The notes below the pieces were generated by a model. It was not told the DNA's origin and did not search any database. It saw only the letters and a program-made list of their open reading frames with translations. The translations under genes and the position numbers were made by a program. A stretch of 64,000 bases of DNA from an uncultured Clostridia bacterium (GTDB lineage: Bacteria; Bacillota; Clostridia; Christensenellales; CAG-917), in assembly GCA_944372795.1 (NCBI GenBank), contig CALWAF010000003.1, positions 5,443-69,442 of the forward strand, read 5' to 3'. Each line of letters opens with the position of its first letter. Within the stretch, counting starts at the first letter, position 1. Shown piece by piece: positions 59,408-64,000 of this stretch.

Positions 59408-60844
59408 ATGCAACTGTTTCTCGATGAAGTGACGTCAAAAGAGAGAGTCCTCGAAGACATGAACAAGATGAACGCTTTCGGCGGCGGCGACCGTCTCACG
59501 GGCACGCGCGGACAGCGCGACTACTGCGCGTGGCTCAAGGACGAGATCCGCGCCATGGGCATCGACGTCGTGAGCAAGGAATATCGCTTCTACCGCTGGG
59601 AGGCGCAGGAGTGGTCGCTCACCGTGGACGGACAGCCCGTGGCGGTGTCTTCCCCCTTCCATTACAGCGGACTGACGGGGGAGGCGGGCGTGACGGCTAA
59701 ACTTTGCGCCGTCTGCAACAATCCGCTCGATTTCCAGCGCGCGAGAGGGAAGATCGCGGTGTGCCACATCCGCAATCTCTCCGCCATCAGCAGCAAGGTG
59801 GCGTTCAACAAGCGCCGCTCTCTGCCCGCGGACCTCGAGGTGGAAAAGAGCTACCGCGGCCCCGTCAGCACCTCTTTCGTGAAGACGTTGCTCACGTTCT
59901 GGTCACTGCGTCTTGCGGGCGTCAAGGGGATGATCTGCGTGTGGGAGGATATGTCCGACGCCATGGTGGACGGGCAGTGCCTCAACTTCATTCTCGGTTA
60001 TCTCAAAGTGCCCGTGCTGTGGGTGAACGAAACGGAGGGGAAGAAGGTCTTTGCTGCGGCAAAGGCGAAAAAGAGCGCAACGCTCCGCCTTACGGGTAGG
60101 ATAGAACGCGATGCGGTGACGGAGTCCTTCCATGCCGTCATCAAGGGTACGGGCGGCACCGATGAGGCGATCATCGTCAACACCCACACCGACGGGTGCA
60201 ACTTCTCCGAGGAAAACGGCGGGATAGGGATGCTGGCGATGATGCGCTGGTTCAAGGCGCACCCCGCAAAGCGCAACCTCATCTTCGCCTTCGTGACGGG
60301 TCACTTCCGTCTGCCCGTGTTCAGAGTGGGCATAATGACCTCCAATCAGGCGACGGGAAGATGGCTTAAAGACAACAAGGAGATGTGGAACGGCGGACGC
60401 TACAAAGCCGTGGCGGGCTGTTCCGTCGAGCACCTCGGGTGCACGGAGTGGAAGGACGTGAACGGCGTCTACACCCGCACGAACGACATAGACACCGAGC
60501 TCGTCTATACGGGCAACAAGCATCTCGACGACGTCTACTATAAGGCGGTGCAGGGCAGGACGCTCCTTCGCACCATGACGCTGCGCGGTCACAACACCAT
60601 GCACTTCGGCGAGGGGCAGCCCCTCTCAAAAAAGCATATCCCCGAGATCGCCCTCGTCACCGCGCCCGACTATCTGTGCTCGGTGGACTACTCGGGAAAG
60701 AGCCATATGGACAAGTTCAACCTCGACCTGATGTATGAGCAGATCCACACCTTTGTCAGGTGCGTCGAGATCCTCGACGGCATGACGAAGAAGGAGATAG
60801 GAAGGTCGCAGCCCTATTCGCTGGGGCTCGGCAGACTGAAATGA
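59408..60844 (+). CDS. Putative M28-family (PA-domain) metallopeptidase-like protein
   Basis: N-terminal GGGDRLTGTRGQRDYCAWLKDEIRAMG. A mid PA-like insert (GKIAVCHI). IIVNTHTDG...EENGGIGMLAMM resembles M28 metal ligands. Assignment is by pattern only. Confidence 0.45.
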   Translation: MQLFLDEVTSKERVLEDMNKMNAFGGGDRLTGTRGQRDYCAWLKDEIRAMGIDVVSKEYRFYRWEAQEWSLTVDGQPVAVSSPFHYSGLTGEAGVTAKLCAVCNNPLDFQRARGKIAVCHIRNLSAISSKVAFNKRRSLPADLEVEKSYRGPVSTSFVKTLLTFWSLRLAGVKGMICVWEDMSDAMVDGQCLNFILGYLKVPVLWVNETEGKKVFAAAKAKKSATLRLTGRIERDAVTESFHAVIKGTGGTDEAIIVNTHTDGCNFSEENGGIGMLAMMRWFKAHPAKRNLIFAFVTGHFRLPVFRVGIMTSNQATGRWLKDNKEMWNGGRYKAVAGCSVEHLGCTEWKDVNGVYTRTNDIDTELVYTGNKHLDDVYYKAVQGRTLLRTMTLRGHNTMHFGEGQPLSKKHIPEIALVTAPDYLCSVDYSGKSHMDKFNLDLMYEQIHTFVRCVEILDGMTKKEIGRSQPYSLGLGRLK

Positions 60845-60875
60845 CCGTCCTGCGGCGATAGACCGCGGCGCGGAA

Positions 60876-60910
60876 ACAAAAGACGTCCTCTTACGGGGAC
60901 GTCTTTTTCT
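60876..60910. terminator. Bidirectional rho-independent terminator
   Basis: AAGACGTCC-N8-GGACGTCTT flanked by AAAA and TTTTT, between convergent genes. Confidence 0.8.
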
Positions 60911-60943
60911 GTCTGCCGCACGGACGCGGGCGTTGCGCCGCGC

Positions 60944-62422
60944 TCATTGCTCCGCCGTATCCTCCGTTTGCTCCGGCAGGACGGCTTCTCCGTCTTCCGC
61001 CGCGGTGGTCTCCGCGTCTTTTCTGCGCATCAGTTCGGCGCGCAGCCTGTCGGAATCTTTCACCACCCAGATGAGCGGGATGGCTGCGATGGCGACCACG
61101 ATGGCGGCTGCAAGGAAGAGCTCGAAGGGCGGTTTCATCTGTCCTTCGCTGTGCGCGTCGAGAGAGTTGACGCCCACCGCCTGTGCGATGCCTATGCCCA
61201 GCGCCATGGGGATGAGCACGGTGAAGCACATCCTGACGCCTTGGAATCTGCCCTCCGCGCCCTTCGGGATGTAGTCTTGGAAGGAGGCGGTGAGGGCGCC
61301 CGAGATGGAGAGGATGGCGCCGAGGAGGACGGAGCCGCCCACGATGAGGATGGGCAGATACGCCGCGCTGTCCATGAACTTCATGCAATAGACCACCACC
61401 GCGCCCACGATGAGGATGGCGAGCAGGGGGAAGTAGAAATGCTTTCTGCCGAATTTGTCGAAGAAGATGCCCAGCACCCCCGTGATGACCGCGCCCACCA
61501 CGATGATGACGGCAAGGGGCAGGATATAGTTGGTGATGCCCAGCGTCTTTTCGATGAAGTTGATGAGGTAGGACATGAAGATCTGCTGCGCTATGCCGAG
61601 CAGACACACCGTGCCCAGCGTGACGTACATCATCTTGTTTTCCTTCACCACGGAGGGACGGAAACCGTAGAAGGTCTCCTTGAAGTAGTCGGGGTTGGAG
61701 TTTTTGACGATGTTCGGGGAGTCCTTCATCATGAAGGCGGAGAGCACGCCGCCCACCATCGGGAAGATGCCCATGATGATGAAGAAAAGTTTGATGAGCA
61801 GACCGTCACGGTCGGCGATGGCGACTTTGATGACCTCGCCCGCGTCGTTGGTGACCGTGGCGCCGTTGTCGTAGGTGAGCATGCCGATGCCGAACACCAG
61901 CACCGTGGCGATGACGGGCATGACGGAGAGGATGGTGTTCACTTTGCCGCGGTTGGTGACGTCGGTGACGTCCGCCACCCACGTGTTGAACGCCGCGTCG
62001 TTGGCGGTGGAACCGAAGAAGGTCATCACGCAGTCGAGGATGACCAGCGCCGCGATGATGCCCCAGTTGCTGCTGTCCGAAAAGTCGATGGGGATGGCGG
62101 CAAATAGCATGATGGTCACGCCCCAGATGAGATATCCGAAAGTGATGAAAGGCTTGCGCTTCCCCGTCTTGTCGATGAGCCCGCCCGCGAAGATGGTCGT
62201 CACGGTGGCGGTGACCGCAGAGAGGATGACCATGAGGGTGGTGACCGTAAAGTAGAGGTCACCCCTCGTGTCGAAAAGGTCCTGTCCGAACTTGGCGAAG
62301 AACATGTTCTCCACCACCCATGCGATCTGACCGATGAGACCGAACGTGATGGCGCACGCCCAGATCTTTTTGCCCAGCGGCGTGGACTTGGTGCCCGCCG
62401 CAGGTGCCGTACCGTTGCTCAT
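60944..62422 (-). CDS. MFS transporter (glycoside/cation symporter-like)
   Basis: 12 predicted hydrophobic segments. GLIGQIAWVVENMFFAKF and NDAAFNTWVADVTDVTNRGK motifs shared with the neighbour. Confidence 0.85.
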   Translation of the reverse strand: MSNGTAPAAGTKSTPLGKKIWACAITFGLIGQIAWVVENMFFAKFGQDLFDTRGDLYFTVTTLMVILSAVTATVTTIFAGGLIDKTGKRKPFITFGYLIWGVTIMLFAAIPIDFSDSSNWGIIAALVILDCVMTFFGSTANDAAFNTWVADVTDVTNRGKVNTILSVMPVIATVLVFGIGMLTYDNGATVTNDAGEVIKVAIADRDGLLIKLFFIIMGIFPMVGGVLSAFMMKDSPNIVKNSNPDYFKETFYGFRPSVVKENKMMYVTLGTVCLLGIAQQIFMSYLINFIEKTLGITNYILPLAVIIVVGAVITGVLGIFFDKFGRKHFYFPLLAILIVGAVVVYCMKFMDSAAYLPILIVGGSVLLGAILSISGALTASFQDYIPKGAEGRFQGVRMCFTVLIPMALGIGIAQAVGVNSLDAHSEGQMKPPFELFLAAAIVVAIAAIPLIWVVKDSDRLRAELMRRKDAETTAAEDGEAVLPEQTEDTAEQ

Positions 62423-62510
62423 AATTCACCTCGTTTCCGGCACTCTCACGCTCCGCGCCCGGGGCGCGCCGCGTTCGCCGTGCCGCTTGTTATCCGTTTG
62501 ATTCCCGCGT

Positions 62511-63947
62511 TTATTGTGCGGAAACGTCGCTTTCAACTTCGTTTTCGTGCATTTCGTCGTCGGCGGTCTCTTCCTTTTCCGCGTCACGCTCGGCAAGCAG
62601 GCGCGCCCTCGTCTCCGCGTCCTTGCTGCGCACGATGACGGCGGGGATCAGGGCGAACACCGCCACGATCGCCGCCCCCAGGAACATCTCGTAAGGGTAG
62701 TTCAGGATGTCTTCTCCCATGGTCTCGGAGAAGGTGTACCACCCGTAACGGTCGATGATGGCGTTGCCGATGGCGGGACCTATGATCATCGGGAGCAGCA
62801 CGAACAGGAACATCCTTATCCCTTGGAAGCAGCCCTCTTTCCCCTTCGGGATGTAGTCGCGGAAGGAGGAGACGAAGAGCCCGCTCACCGAAAGTTCCGC
62901 CGTCATCGTCACGATGCCCACCGGGATGAGCATCCCGAGCAGCGCCGCCGTGTCCGATGTGCCTAGGAATTTGAGAAGGTAGATGCCCAGCGTCCCTACG
63001 ACTGCCGCAAGCACCAGCGGGATGAAGAAATGTTTCCTGCCGAATTTGTCCATCAAAAAGCCGAGCAATCCCGCCAGCACCGCGGAGCACACTATGATCA
63101 CCGCAAGCGGCATCACATAGTCCGTCATCCCGAGGGTGCGCTCCACGAAGTTGATAAGATAGGACATATACACCTGCATGCTCGCGCCCGCGATGCCCGA
63201 GCCCGCGAGGGCGATGTAGAGCATCTTGTTCTTTTTGATGACGGAAGGACGGAAACCGTAGATGAGCTCCTTTGCGAAATTCGGGTTGGTGTTTTTGGGA
63301 AGGTCGGGCTTGTCTTTCAGGACGAAAAGCCCGAGTATGCCGCTGACTATCGGTATCGCGCCCAGGATCACGAAGAAAAGCCACCACTGTTCCGTGCCTT
63401 TCGCGGTCAGACTGTCCAGACCTATGAATACGACGACCATTGCGAACACCGGCATCATCGAGAGAACGGTGTCCGCCTTGCCTCTGTTGGTAGTGTCGGT
63501 CATGTCCGTGAGCCAGGTGTTGAACGCCGCGTCGTTTGCCGACGAGCCCACCCACGACATCACGCAGTCCATGATGACGATGCCCGCCACCAGCCCTTTG
63601 AGTTGCTCGGGGGAGTAGTCGATGGGGAAGAGAGCGAAAACCATTATGGTCAGCCCCCAAAGGATGAACCCCCACGACACGTAGACGGAGCGTTTGCCCG
63701 TTTTGTCGCATATCGCGCCCATCACCACGGTCGCCGCCGTCGCGAACACGGCGGAAAGCGCCACCATAAGTGTGGTCGCCCACGCCTCATCCACAAACTC
63801 GTCCTGCATGAACTTGGCGAAATACATGTTTTCGACGATCCAGGCGATCTGTCCGATGAGCCCGAAAAAGAGAAGGCAGAACCAGACTTTGCCGCCGAGA
63901 GGCGTCGTTTTGGTCGCCGTGGAAGAAACGGAATGTTCGCGTGTCAT
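62511..63947 (-). CDS. MFS transporter, tandem paralogue of 60944-62422
   Basis: GLIGQIAWIVENMYFAKF, NDAAFNTWLTDMTDTTNRGK and DKFGRKHFFIPL are all collinear with the neighbour. Confidence 0.85.
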   Translation of the reverse strand: MTREHSVSSTATKTTPLGGKVWFCLLFFGLIGQIAWIVENMYFAKFMQDEFVDEAWATTLMVALSAVFATAATVVMGAICDKTGKRSVYVSWGFILWGLTIMVFALFPIDYSPEQLKGLVAGIVIMDCVMSWVGSSANDAAFNTWLTDMTDTTNRGKADTVLSMMPVFAMVVVFIGLDSLTAKGTEQWWLFFVILGAIPIVSGILGLFVLKDKPDLPKNTNPNFAKELIYGFRPSVIKKNKMLYIALAGSGIAGASMQVYMSYLINFVERTLGMTDYVMPLAVIIVCSAVLAGLLGFLMDKFGRKHFFIPLVLAAVVGTLGIYLLKFLGTSDTAALLGMLIPVGIVTMTAELSVSGLFVSSFRDYIPKGKEGCFQGIRMFLFVLLPMIIGPAIGNAIIDRYGWYTFSETMGEDILNYPYEMFLGAAIVAVFALIPAVIVRSKDAETRARLLAERDAEKEETADDEMHENEVESDVSAQ

Positions 63948-64000
63948 TTTCCCTCGCTTATCAGATGTCGGAACGAGCGATGCCGACCGACCTCGAGTAA

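Overview
This is a GC-rich chromosomal window. It reads as core genome of a spore-forming Bacillota (Clostridia-like) organism; that is an inference from Bacillus-type synteny blocks plus yqfC/yqfD. I support about 60 protein-coding genes, mostly on the + strand, many joined by ATGA/GTGA overlaps. The blocks in order: dnaX (3' end)-ybaB-recR; a methyltransferase; a DtxR-like repressor; dnaG-sigA-trmK-nif3-Zn-ribbon; GH2 beta-galactosidase; a lipoprotein metallophosphoesterase (-); thrS; infC-rpmI-rplT-trmH-like; yebC-proA-cysteine desulfurase; a membrane S1 protease (-) divergent from an orphan Mrr-like nuclease; degV-apbE-NusG_II-Gx transporter; murG plus two unknown membrane proteins (-); an alpha/beta hydrolase; gyrB-gyrA-DUF1846-CDF-metallophosphoesterase; pepF; dnaB; yqfC-yqfD-phoH-7TM_HD-ybeY-era-(yqzL-like)-recO-WG-repeat protein-tsaC-LMW phosphatase; a ferritin-like protein (-); secG-like; smpB-metY-metA; an M28-like protein; and two tandem MFS transporters (-). 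I found no rRNA, tRNA, CRISPR array, transposase, integrase or phage genes. I also found no convincing multi-gene defence or mobile system. The most unusual signals are these. (1) Two long CDS-free regions (about 10.9-11.7 kb and 31.3-32.35 kb) are built from the same family of hairpin-forming repeat modules, in mutually inverted order and orientation, with stem-preserving (compensatory) differences, a nested hairpin insertion and a 121-bp tandem duplication. (2) The DnaB helicase carries a 115-aa, 41% acidic C-terminal extension ending in DLPF, mimicking the SSB C-terminal tip. (3) murG is detached from a dcw cluster and overlaps an unknown 437-aa membrane-anchored protein. (4) There is a 185-bp palindromic element upstream of smpB. 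All functional calls come from reading translated motifs and synteny by eye; no database search was run.
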